Positions 29,398-39,600 of a stretch of DNA of 64,000 nucleotides are shown here, in pieces; position 1 is the stretch's first letter, and every line of letters begins with the position of its first letter. The notes under the pieces were generated by a model. That model was given only the letters and a program-made list of their open reading frames with translations, was not told where the DNA came from and did not search any database. Location: assembly GCA_963716175.1 (NCBI GenBank), contig OY970296.1, positions 128,001 to 192,000 on the forward strand, given 5' to 3'. The stretch is from an uncultured Armatimonadetes bacterium. Its GTDB lineage: Bacteria; Armatimonadota; Hebobacteria; Hebobacterales; Hebobacteraceae. The translations under genes and the position numbers were made by a program.

Positions 29398-31032
29398 ATG
29401 GACCACCTGATGTTTCTGAGCATCGTCTGCGCGCTCTGCTGCTGCGCTACGGCAGCTCACGGGCGCGAGATCACAGTCGCTCCCGGCGCATCCGGAGAGT
29501 CGGTGCTCGGCAGGGCGATCGAGGCCGCCAGGCCCGGAGATGCCATCCACGTGCGTAGAGGCGTCTACCGCGAGACCCTCACCATCACCAAATCGGTGTC
29601 CATCGTGGGCGAGGAGGGGGCCCTTCTGGACCCCTCGCAGCCTTTCCGGCCTGACTGGCGCCCCGCGGGCGAGGTCGGAAAGGGGGTGTACCGGGCACCC
29701 GTCGAGGATCATCCGCGCGTGCTCTGCGTGGACGGCAAGATCATCCCGGAGCTGAACCCCGAGAACCCCGGGTGCAGCTCGGAGGACAGAGGTGACTGGT
29801 ACTGGCGGAGACTGCTGGTTGCTGGCACTCCGCGCACCGGGTTCCAGCAGATCCGGGCATTGTGGGTCTACCGGCGCGACGAGAAGGCGATGTACGTCCA
29901 TCTCGCCGACGACGCGGACCCCGGGCGTCTGCACTGGTCTGCTTCCTGGGAGGGCGTGCCGATCATCTCGTTCAAAGGGGCGACGAATGCCTCGGTGACC
30001 GGGCTCACCCTGGCGCACGGCTACCAGGGCGTCGCCTTCGAGCAGGGAGCGCGCCAGTGCTCTCTCCACCGGTGCACCATCGGTCCCTGGGACAGGGACG
30101 GAGTCGTGCTGCGGTCGGGGGCGTCCGACTGCCTGGTGGAGCGCAATGAGATCTTCCGCGGCGCCTATGAGGATTGGGTGCCCCATGACGACTCTCGCGA
30201 GCTGTATGAGATCTGGCAGATCCACAAGGTGGCCGGCTACTGGGACCGGGTGGGCATTGACATGGTTCGCCTCGGCACCGGCAACCGGATCCACGCCAAT
30301 CACGTCTACGAGACCTTCGACGGCATTGACCTGGGCGATTCGGACACGGAGTCGCTGTCCATTCCGCTCCACGATCCGGACGACGGCCGGGACACGGAGA
30401 TCTGGAAGAACGTCATCGAGCGCACCCGGGATTCGGGCATCGAGCTTGGGGTGGGGTGTATCAACGTGAAAGTGCATCACAACATCCTGCGGCAGACCCA
30501 CGGCGGGCTGCGCTACAAGCTGCCGCGCGTCGGCCCGGTGTTCATCTACCGGAATGTGCTCATTGACGGCGCACCCTACAACATCTGGTACAGCATGGAC
30601 GCCTCTCCCGCGGAGGGCTACGTCTACCACAACACCATCATCGGCGGGCAGGCTGCGCTTGCCTACCAGTTCCGCAAGAACGCCGATATCGGCACTCCGA
30701 ACTGGCATTACCTCAATAACCTGGTGATTGGCACCAAGGGGTTCTTCAGCCCGGGGAGGGGGGAGACGCCGGTGAGCTTCATCACGGACTACAACGTGGT
30801 GGTGGGCGGCGGCAGGCCCTACCCCAGCGATCCGACAAAAGATAGCCACTCGCGCTATGTGGAGGCAGTGCCGTTGGCGCCTGGCTTCCCGCCGAAGCCG
30901 CTTACCGGCAGCCCGGCCAGCGATGCGGGGCTGGATCTGTCCACTTACCTCCACGGCAAGCCGCTGCCCGGGTGTGAGCCGGGGTACTTCCAGGGGAAAG
31001 CCCCGGACGCCGGGGCCTACGAGGTGGAATAG
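29398..31032 (+). CDS. Secreted right-handed parallel beta-helix protein (polysaccharide lyase-like)
   Basis: Signal peptide, ARPGDAIHVRRGVYRE, repeated N-ladder strands (ERNEI, HANHV, YRNVL, YHNTI), APDAGAYE end. Confidence 0.75.
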   Translation: MDHLMFLSIVCALCCCATAAHGREITVAPGASGESVLGRAIEAARPGDAIHVRRGVYRETLTITKSVSIVGEEGALLDPSQPFRPDWRPAGEVGKGVYRAPVEDHPRVLCVDGKIIPELNPENPGCSSEDRGDWYWRRLLVAGTPRTGFQQIRALWVYRRDEKAMYVHLADDADPGRLHWSASWEGVPIISFKGATNASVTGLTLAHGYQGVAFEQGARQCSLHRCTIGPWDRDGVVLRSGASDCLVERNEIFRGAYEDWVPHDDSRELYEIWQIHKVAGYWDRVGIDMVRLGTGNRIHANHVYETFDGIDLGDSDTESLSIPLHDPDDGRDTEIWKNVIERTRDSGIELGVGCINVKVHHNILRQTHGGLRYKLPRVGPVFIYRNVLIDGAPYNIWYSMDASPAEGYVYHNTIIGGQAALAYQFRKNADIGTPNWHYLNNLVIGTKGFFSPGRGETPVSFITDYNVVVGGGRPYPSDPTKDSHSRYVEAVPLAPGFPPKPLTGSPASDAGLDLSTYLHGKPLPGCEPGYFQGKAPDAGAYEVE

Positions 31033-31202
31033 GCGCGGCCAGGCGTTGGGCTGTGCGAGAGCATCGCTCCCTGCGACGGCTGACGGCTTTCAGGAGGGCG
31101 GACTCGAAGGAGCTTTGCCCGTCGCTGCTGCAGCCCACTTGGGCGGATGGCGACCGGCGGCATGAGGTACTCCGGACTCCGTAGCTGATCCGGTGCAAGG
31201 AG

Positions 31203-32621
31203 GTGGAAAGCATGTGCCTGTCTACTCTGACGCTGCTCGCTGCAATCGCGGTCGCGGTGGCGCTGTGCGCCGGGGCTGCGCCGGCGCGCGCTCCGGGCTT
31301 CGCGGGCGAGACGAACCGGATCACGGTGCGACCGCGGGAGATCGACGACGTGCTGTACAACCCCGGCATGGGCTTCACGACCATGGGCAGCTTCGACGGG
31401 GACGTCCCGGGCCACCCCAGGTCTACCATCGCCTACTGGAGGTGGTACTGGAACGCGATCGAGCCGGAGAGCGGCGCCTACCGGTGGGACATCATCGATG
31501 ATGTGATCGAGAAGGCGACGGCCCGCGGACAGCGCGCCGCCCTCGGGATTATGCCGAGCAATGGCCGGGGTGGAGCGCCGCACTGGTACCGCGATCTGGG
31601 CGCGAAGGGTTGGGACTTCCGCCCTGAGGAGGGCACCACTGGCTGGATGCCCGATCACAACGACCCGTTGTACATCCAGCACATGGGGCGGCTGGTGCGG
31701 GAGTTCGGCAAGCGCTACGATGGGAACCCGCAGATTGACCATGTCGACATGCGCTCGTTGGGACACTGGGGCGAGTGGCACTTCTACTTCACCGAGAAGA
31801 ACCCCGATTGGATGAACGCGACACCCGAGACGCGGCGCGCGCTGGTCGACATGTACCTGGAGAGCTTCAAGAGGACGCCCCTCCTCATGCTCATCGGCCC
31901 AATCGACGACCTTCGTTATGCCGTGGCGAATGGTACCGGGTGGCGGGCGGACTGTCTCGGGGATGTGAAGCCCGGCTGGAATCATATGAGGGACAGGTAT
32001 CAGCAGAACCTAGACGCGGCGAATGCCAATGACGCCTGGAAGCGATCGCCCGTGGCCTTCGAGTCGTGTTGGGTGATGCAGCACTGGGCCGACGAAGGAT
32101 GGGATATCGAGTTCATCTTCGGCGAGGCCCTGCGCTGGCACTGCTCCGTGTTCAACAACAAGTCATCGCCGGTGCCTCCGCGCTGGTGGAGCGCGAGCGA
32201 AGCATTCATGAAGCGGATGGGGTACCGGTTGGTGCTGCGATCCATCACTCACCCTGCGCAGGTCGCGGCGGGCGCTTCGCTGCGGGTTGACAGTGAATGG
32301 GACAACATCGGAGTGGCACCCCCGTACCGCAAGTACCTCCTCGCCTGGCAGCTCACGCCTGTCGGCCGGCGCTTGGGCAAGACGCCGGTGGAAGACGCCA
32401 CCCATCCTGTCGACGTGACCACGTGGCTGCCCGGCAAGCATAACGTTAGCCCGGACCTGGCGGTGCCGAAGGACCTGACGCCTGGTCGCTATCGCCTCTC
32501 GCTCGCGCTGCTCGATCCGTTCACACGCGAGCCGGCGGTGCAGCTTGCCATCGAGGGGCGGGATGCTCAGGGGTGGTACAACGTGACCGAGTTGGAGGTG
32601 GCCGAGGCAAGAGCCGGTTAG
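31203..32621 (+). CDS. Secreted DUF4832-domain / GH42-like glycoside hydrolase
   Basis: Signal peptide, LYNPGMGF, GHWGEWH, KRMGYRL, NIGVAPPY, WLPG. Confidence 0.72.
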   Translation: MESMCLSTLTLLAAIAVAVALCAGAAPARAPGFAGETNRITVRPREIDDVLYNPGMGFTTMGSFDGDVPGHPRSTIAYWRWYWNAIEPESGAYRWDIIDDVIEKATARGQRAALGIMPSNGRGGAPHWYRDLGAKGWDFRPEEGTTGWMPDHNDPLYIQHMGRLVREFGKRYDGNPQIDHVDMRSLGHWGEWHFYFTEKNPDWMNATPETRRALVDMYLESFKRTPLLMLIGPIDDLRYAVANGTGWRADCLGDVKPGWNHMRDRYQQNLDAANANDAWKRSPVAFESCWVMQHWADEGWDIEFIFGEALRWHCSVFNNKSSPVPPRWWSASEAFMKRMGYRLVLRSITHPAQVAAGASLRVDSEWDNIGVAPPYRKYLLAWQLTPVGRRLGKTPVEDATHPVDVTTWLPGKHNVSPDLAVPKDLTPGRYRLSLALLDPFTREPAVQLAIEGRDAQGWYNVTELEVAEARAG

Positions 32622-32791
32622 CACAGGTTTGAGTGGTGAGACGGCCTCAGACGCCGGGATGGGGATCGGCGGCCCAAGAGGGCATCCGGATCCCCCCGAA
32701 AGCCTGGACCCAAGGGCGCGTTCCGCGGTGAGAGTCGCACAACATACAGCAGCGCCGAGGGGCAGGTCAGAGCATGTGGGAGGTACGGTCG

Positions 32792-33779
32792 ATGACGCAG
32801 AGACGCGTGTTCGTGGCGCTTGTGCTGCTGATGGTCGTGCTTGCCATTCTCGTGCGGGCCCTCGACGGCCCTGCCCGAGTCAGCCCCGTCCCCGGCGGGA
32901 GACTCCTTCACCTGGATTGCGGTGGCCGATCAGCTTGATGAGCCCGCCGAGGGCCTCGTTGAACGCATGGTCGCGGCGAAGCCGGCCTTCGTGGTCGGCG
33001 TCGGCGATCTGGTATTCGAGTCGAGGCCAGAGGAATTCCAGACCGTCAAGAAGCTCATGCTGGACCCGCTCGCCAAGGTTGGGGCCCGATTCTACCCGGT
33101 GGCGGGGAACCACGATTTCCCGGTCCGGCCGCACTGGTTCGAGTTCTGGGAGCCCCCGGCGAACACGCTCTACTACTCGTTCGACTACGGTAACTCGCAC
33201 TTCGTCATCCTCGACACGAACAAGGCCTGCCTCACGGAGGGAGGGAGGAGCGAAGACCAACACTATGATCCGGGCAGTGAAGAGTATGCGATGCAGACGC
33301 AGGCGGAGAGCTTCCAGCCGGGCAGTGCGCAGTATGAGTGGCTGGTGAAGGATCTTGCGGGGACGAAGAAAACGCACATCTTCGTGTTCTTCCACGAGCC
33401 GGCGTTCAGCTATGGCGGACATGATGGTAGTCCAGCCATCCAGCGAGTGCTCTGCCCGTTGTTTGAGCAGTACAAGGTCACGGCGGCGTTCTCGGGCCAT
33501 TCGCATGGCTACGAGCGATTAGTGCCCCTGCGCGTGGATTTCTCCTCAGGCAGCCCGGTGGCGGTTCCGGATGAGAGGAACGGGGTGGTCTATGTCGTGA
33601 CCGCAGGGGGTGGGAAGCAGCTCTATGACATAACATCGAACAAGCTGCACGCTGCCGTCGCGAAGGCCTTCCATTTCCTGCGCGTCGATGTGCAGGGCGA
33701 CAGCGCGAGATGCTTCGCGATAGAGGCGAAGACCGGGAAGGTGCTGGATTCCTTTGAGCTGAAGAGTCGGCGACACTAA
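32792..33779 (+). CDS. Metallophosphoesterase, probable lipoprotein; +1 frameshift near 32845
   Basis: GVGDLV, AGNHD, FFHEP, SGHSHGYER. Deleting one C joins SD/ATG 32792 signal peptide (..VVLAFSC) to the catalytic frame. Confidence 0.85.
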
Positions 33780-33879
33780 GGAGCTTCGCCGAATGAAGTA
33801 ACACGGCGAAGCTCAAGAAGCGGCCCACACAGGCATAGGGCGATGTTCGCACATTACTTCGTTGTGCGAACATCATTAG
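33776..33879 (+). repeat. 104-bp double-hairpin MITE/REPIN-like element, family A copy 1
   Basis: CTAA...TTAG ends; stems GAGCTTCGCCG/CGGCGAAGCTC and GATGTTCGCACA/TGTGCGAACATC; 100/104 identical to the reverse complement of 42241..42344. Confidence 0.9.
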
Positions 33880-33983
33880 TTGCCGGAGGGGGATATCGCA
33901 TCGAGGCGGCCAAGCAGGGCGCTCCTGTGGCACACGGAGGATGCGAGACAACGGGCCATCAGCCGCGCCCCTTGATGCGCCGG

Positions 33984-34056
33984 TGCCGGGTCCCAGAATC
34001 GAACTGGGGACGCCGCGATTCTCAGTCCCGCGCTCTACCACCTGAGCTAACCCGGC
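33984..34056 (-). tRNA. tRNA-Phe-like gene with anticodon GAG (Leu); possibly a pseudogene
   Basis: Cloverleaf: acceptor GCCGGGT/ACCCGGC, D arm GCTC/GAGC, anticodon loop CTGAGAA, 5-nt variable loop, T arm CCCAG-TTCGATT-CTGGG; G:G mismatch in anticodon stem; ends A-CCG. Confidence 0.85.
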
Positions 34057-34246
34057 ACACAGTTTCCGTTCTTCAGTCAGGTAGGTTGGCGTCTGCTGTA
34101 AGCTCTACCATCTGACCTGACCCGCCACGCAGCTCGGCATCTTCGGTCGCTCGGAACCTCGGGCTCAGTGCGGCTCGATGCCAGCGTCTCAGCGCCGTGA
34201 ACCCCGCCTCATCCTGGGGGACCCCCCATACCCAGGAACCCCCGTG

Positions 34247-34554
34247 CAGCGCTCTGGGGTCTGCCGCGGCTCTGCACGCCTCTCGCGCTTCACGAACAAA
34301 CGGCTGCTGCGAGCCGTTACGCAGGCGGCGCTGACAGCTGCGACCCACCACGCAGAGTCCCGACTCTACTACCAGAAGAAGCTGGCCGGCCGATCCGATC
34401 CGCGCACCAAGACTCTCGCCCTCATCGCGCTCGCGCGGCATCGCGCCCGGCGGCTCTACAAGGTACTGCGACGTGCGTCGTTACCGTCGGCGGAGGTCGC
34501 CGCGTAACGTGAGCAAGACCGCGTTGAGACAACTCTTGACTAAACAGAGAGTCT
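34247..34554 (+). mobile_element. IS110-family transposase C-terminal remnant with probable element end
   Basis: QRSG..RLSRFTNKRLLRAVTQAA..YYQKK..ALIALARHRARRLYKVL, followed by CTTGAC-containing tail; N-terminal DEDD domain absent. Confidence 0.7.
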
Positions 34555-34595
34555 TATAGAGACAGGACGGGTTAGCGAGGCCTGATGGCCGTGGG

Positions 34596-36539
34596 CTAGT
34601 GAGAGACGGCGAGGATGCGGAGGAGGAAGGAGGTGCAGATGAGAGTCACGGCGCTGCCTGTGATCATCCCCAGAAAGAAGGGGAGCGCACGGCGGTAAGC
34701 TCGCAGGCCGCCATACCGAAGCAGCAGTGCTTTCACGATCAGGGTGCCGATGACCGCGGGCATGATGGTGTCAATCACCCAGCCGCTGGCGAGAGGGAGG
34801 GCCACGGGGTGCAGCGGCCAGACCGGGAAGCGCAGCTTGAGCAGCATCAGCAGTCCACTGGCCCCAATGCCCACGGCTATGGCCGCAACGCCGGCCCAGT
34901 CCCCCCGGGTGGGAGCGCGCAGCCATTCGTCCAGCCTCTCGGCCGGGGCGCGAGCTGTCATCATGGATGCATGGACCGCGCCGGTTCCGAGACCGACGCG
35001 GTAGCCGACCTGGAGGTTGGCCCAGAAGTAGGCCAGCATCCCGACGGCGATGACGCCGGCCATCATCCAGGCGAGTCGGTTGGGCCGAGGGCCAAGACGC
35101 TCAGCCATCCGCAAGGCCTCGAGCTGTACCGGGGAGGGATTGAGCCCTTGATCGAGCATATACGGCCGCACCAGGGCCAGCATCCCCAGGGTGCGTGCGC
35201 TCAGAGCAGATGTGCCCGGGAACTCAGTGAGGACGAACTCCGGCATGACCCCTGACATGCCGTGGTAGGGGGGGCCAAGATGCGCCCGCATCCGCCCCAT
35301 CACCAGCCCCATGAGGAAGTAGAGCGACAGGAAGACCGGTATCACCGCCTGGCTCATCCCGGCGCGGGCGAAGAACCACCAAAGGAAGCCTAGCCCGCCG
35401 ATGGCACCGAGGACTGCGGTGCGATAGCTGAGCGCCTCCTCACTGTCGTCAGCATGAGAGCGCAGCCCGATTGCCTTTCGCAAGACCTGGAGCAGGTAGC
35501 GCCGATCAAGCCACAGCACGAAGCCGATGACCCCGAGGTAGCCTCCTATCGTCTGCTGATCGCCGTACGGGAAGCCTTCGTACGGGCTCACCATCCACCC
35601 CGTCAGCCGGGCCAGCACGTACTCGGCGCGCCAGACCAGGTTGAACAGGACCAGAGAGAATGCCAGGTCCACCGGCATAAGATAGGAAAGGCCGACGTAC
35701 CAGGGCTCCCAGCTCAACCAGGCATCTCGCAGACCATCCCAGGGGAAGCGATTGGCGATGAAGGGATCCAGGTTCACAACGACGGGAATGGCGGGAACCG
35801 CGGGCAAGAAGTCCGAGACCGTGTTCAGGATGAGAACGAAGGCCGAGCCAGAGAAGCCGAGCCAGAACAGACCACTTCGGAGTAGCTGAGTTCCGGGCTC
35901 GGTCAGGTTCAGGGGCAGTACGGTCATCGGGAACGGAAGCCGTTCCTCTTGGGACCATCGGCGGCGAACAATCAAGTTGAGACAAAGGGATACCCAGAGC
36001 AAAGCGGTCAGCCAGGCCGTCCACCATAGGGCGGGTTGGGCCCAGGCGAGAAGCACCTCCCGCCGGTAAGGGTTGGCCCCACCGATGTAGAAGCCCTCGA
36101 GGGCGCGGCGGTCGGTCACGATCAGCCAGGGCGGAAGGCTGGGCCACATCATTCGCTCCCAGCCATTGCCTGGGTTCGCGCCCCAGACCGGCCAGGTGAG
36201 GGACGGGGCCAATGCCGCGCCCCAGTCTGTGGGTGTGGCGCACAGGCATGTGCTGAGCGCAAGGGCCACATAGACCGCAATCAGCTCGCCAGGCGCGAAG
36301 GCCCACTTGGGTCTCAGGCGCTTCAGCGCCAGATTGGCCACAGCCAGAAGGAAGAGCCCGCACACGGCGGGTGTGGCCATGGAGCCGGCGAAGGCCCCCG
36401 AGCCCAGCAGCCAGTTGCCAGAGACGAGGAAGGTGACGTTGAGCGGCACGAACAGGAGGACCATGAGCAGACACCGGACACCGATGCCGGTACTGCGACC
36501 AGAGGCCCCCGAAGTGCATTGCGCACATGGCGCGGTCAT
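34596..36539 (-). CDS. DUF6785/DUF6784-type membrane protein, copy 2
   Basis: RRRWSQEERLPFPM, GFPYGDQQ, WPLHPVA, RYGGLRAYRRALPFFLG. Confidence 0.82.
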   Translation of the reverse strand: MTAPCAQCTSGASGRSTGIGVRCLLMVLLFVPLNVTFLVSGNWLLGSGAFAGSMATPAVCGLFLLAVANLALKRLRPKWAFAPGELIAVYVALALSTCLCATPTDWGAALAPSLTWPVWGANPGNGWERMMWPSLPPWLIVTDRRALEGFYIGGANPYRREVLLAWAQPALWWTAWLTALLWVSLCLNLIVRRRWSQEERLPFPMTVLPLNLTEPGTQLLRSGLFWLGFSGSAFVLILNTVSDFLPAVPAIPVVVNLDPFIANRFPWDGLRDAWLSWEPWYVGLSYLMPVDLAFSLVLFNLVWRAEYVLARLTGWMVSPYEGFPYGDQQTIGGYLGVIGFVLWLDRRYLLQVLRKAIGLRSHADDSEEALSYRTAVLGAIGGLGFLWWFFARAGMSQAVIPVFLSLYFLMGLVMGRMRAHLGPPYHGMSGVMPEFVLTEFPGTSALSARTLGMLALVRPYMLDQGLNPSPVQLEALRMAERLGPRPNRLAWMMAGVIAVGMLAYFWANLQVGYRVGLGTGAVHASMMTARAPAERLDEWLRAPTRGDWAGVAAIAVGIGASGLLMLLKLRFPVWPLHPVALPLASGWVIDTIMPAVIGTLIVKALLLRYGGLRAYRRALPFFLGMITGSAVTLICTSFLLRILAVSH

Positions 36540-36612
36540 GGGATCCCCGACAGACTTCCACCTTCAGGCTCATCACTACCAGGCCAGGTGCTGGCTCGCG
36601 CCCGATGGCCGG

Positions 36613-39600
36613 TCAGTAGGCGGTCAGCAGTTCGGGATGCGTGAGCGCCAGGCTGAGTCTCCGTTCCATCTGGTCCACCATGTCTCTCTCGCAGACCAGG
36701 GCCAGCGCCGTCGCCCGGTCGGCATCGAACACGAGGTCAATGCGGTCGGCGCGGCTCGGCGCCACGACTTCAAACCTCCTCCAGTCACCATCCTGGAAGG
36801 CGCCGAAGCAGACGACCGGGTCCTGCCACTTCCGCTGCGTGAGCAGGGAGAGCCGCCCTGCTGCGAACGGCGCTATCAGCAGCGCTTCGCTTCCCCTGAT
36901 GTCGGCCCCGTCCAGGGAGAGCACCCCCGCCATGGCATCTCCTTCCAGGACCGGGACGCCGTCCACCTCCGAGCAGCCGCCTGTGAGGATAGAGACCAGG
37001 CGTCCGCCTGGCGCGACCGCGGCCAGCGCCGGGTAACGGTAGCCCTGGCGCAGGGACACCGAACCGGCCGCCGTGGGCACCCGCACCGTCAGGCAACCCT
37101 CACGCTTTGCTGCTGGGAATACCACGTGCACCGTGCCGCCGGCTTCGGTGGCCTGTGCCATCACGTGTATGTCAGGCTGGTTGGGAGTGACTGCGAGCGG
37201 CCCGGGAGCCGCCTCTGCTGCATGCAGCGCGTAGCTGTAGAGCCAACGCAACAGCTTCCGGTCCTCCTGATCGTTACTGAGTTCGGGGGCGTCCGTGACG
37301 TAGATGACCTGGCCCTTGCCGAGCCGATGGCGGAGCACCAGCGGGGTGCCATCCTCGCAGGCCAACAGCACTTGGGCCTTCCGCGGTCTCACCTGCACCG
37401 CGGGACGGACGGTGTAGGCAGCACCATCGGGGGCCTGCACTCGCCGCGCGGGAGTGAGGTCACGGGCCACTCCTTCCATGAGCTGGTGGACGACCTCGAC
37501 TCCGGCCAGCTTCGCCAGCCGACCTCCCCCCACCGGGTGCCGGAGCAGGTCGTAGTTCACGTGGCCGGTGAGGATCAGAGTGCCGCCGTGCTCCACCCAG
37601 GTGACCAACCGGCCGTAATCCTCCTCACGCACGGCTAAGGGGCAGGAGTAGAGCATCACCCGCGTCGCCTCTGGAAGCTCGTCCAAGTGCCAATCGTCCA
37701 CCACGTTGAAGTCGTAATGCAGGCCCATGAGGGCCTCAATCGCCCTCCACCGATAGGAGGCCTCGCAGTTGACCACTGGCTCGAATAGCCAGAAGGTCGC
37801 CGGACCTGGACCGTTGTTCCCCAGGCGGAGGCAGTCCCCCAACAGCAAGGAGAGCCGGGCCGGCTCGTACTTGGGTGCGAAGAACCGCCACATCAGGCTC
37901 AGGTTCCGATGCCAGACAGCGACGTCCTTGGGCACCGGCAGGTTGGGGTAGAACAGGCCCCAGGGAAACGCGCGGGTGTCATCATCGTGCAGGCACCAGG
38001 TCTGGATCTTGTAGGCCCCCAGGCCCAGTCCATAGGCGGCGGCGGCCATGAAGAGCTGCTGCAGTTGCTCTTGGCTGCGTCTGACATGGTAGTACTCGGC
38101 GCCGTTGTCGAGCTCGAAGGCGGGATGAGTCAGCGCTCCGTACTCGCCCAAGGAGACACCCTTCCCGCGGTAGCGAAGATCGTTGTAGCGGAGGGTCCAG
38201 GGTAATGTCTCGATGTCGCTACCCGGGCTGTCGAAGGCCTCGGCCCCGTGCAGGTCGTGGCCATCAATGGCCAGCCGGGCATCAATGTTGTTGTTGTTCG
38301 GCAAATGGTAATACTCGGAGATGATCGGATGGGCTGGGTCATGCTGGCGGAGGCTGGCGATGCTATGGGCCACCCACCGGTTCATGAGATACACGTTGAA
38401 CGCTTGGCGATCCACCTCCCGGGGATCGTCCCAGGCGCCGCTGTTGGGCGGCGGGAAAGACAGGTTGCCGAACTCGCCGTAGACCTGGCGTTCACCCCAG
38501 GCCTGCGCCAGGCCCTCCGCCGACCGATATCGCGCCAGGAGCCACTGGTTCCACAGCTTTGTCAGTGCCGGGGTATCGCGGTAGTCCAGCGAGAAGTCGC
38601 CGTTGGGATACCAGATCAGAGCCGGGAGATCGCCCAGCTCCTTGGCGTAGTCGGAGCACCACCGGCCTTGGGCCTCGAGCGCCTGCTGTGAGATGGCCAC
38701 ATTGGCGCCCACGTGCAGACCTGGCATGAACACCAGGTTGAGCTGCTGGCTCACCTCGCCCATGGCGGTGAACGCCCTTCGGTCGGCCTCTGTCAGCTTC
38801 TGGTCAGGGTGGTTGTACTGCAGGTTCTCGTTCAGATTGACGCCGTAGTCTCTCGCCGCGCTCAGGTACTGAAGCCATCGGTCTGGCCCCGTGCTGGGCG
38901 GGCGGTAGTCCGAAGCGTAGCTGTCGCTCCCGAACAGAAAGAGCGACCGGTCGCCGCACTGCAGGTAGTTGCCCCGGGCCTTCAGGGGCGCGGCCGCGTG
39001 GCGCAACTGGCGATCGGCGACCACGATGCCCTTCTCCGCCAAGTCCACTTGCTCGCCACCCGAGATCAGCCGGAACCGGAGGGTGAAGACGCCGCCGCGG
39101 TCGGTCTGCAAGGGCAGCTCGAACCGGGCTTCAGTGTGCCCGCCGGCATCCAGGCCGATGCCCGATGTCTGGCAGACCGACTGCTCGCCATTGGGGCTTG
39201 CCAACACCGCCTGCACTTCGCCCTGGAATGATCGCCAGCCGAAGTTCCTCACCGCGAGCTCTACCTTCACCGACTCACCCGGAGTGTAGTAGTGATACTG
39301 CGGCCGCGGGAACCCCAGGCTGACCCCCCGGAGCATATGCTTCACCAGACGGACGAAGCCCTGAGGGAAACCCGGGAGGGAGAGCAGGTCGAGGTTGGTG
39401 ACCCCGAAGTAGGCCCACGTGGAGCCGGCATAGTAGCCGGCGTAGTTGTACATGATGGCGCCGACCGGGCCGCGCAATCGGCGGTACCGGTCGTACCCCA
39501 GCAGCAAAGGAACCCACCGGCTGTTGTCGTTCCCGATGATCCCAGTCGCGGCCCATCCCTGGACCGCGCCCTCAAAGCCGAACCCTTCGAAGGGCCCTTG

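Noticed and set aside
33776-33879. Integron attC or CRISPR interpretation of repeat family A
   Set aside because: Only two copies, inverted and 8.4 kb apart; two separate hairpins rather than one attC fold; no spacers, cas genes or intI.
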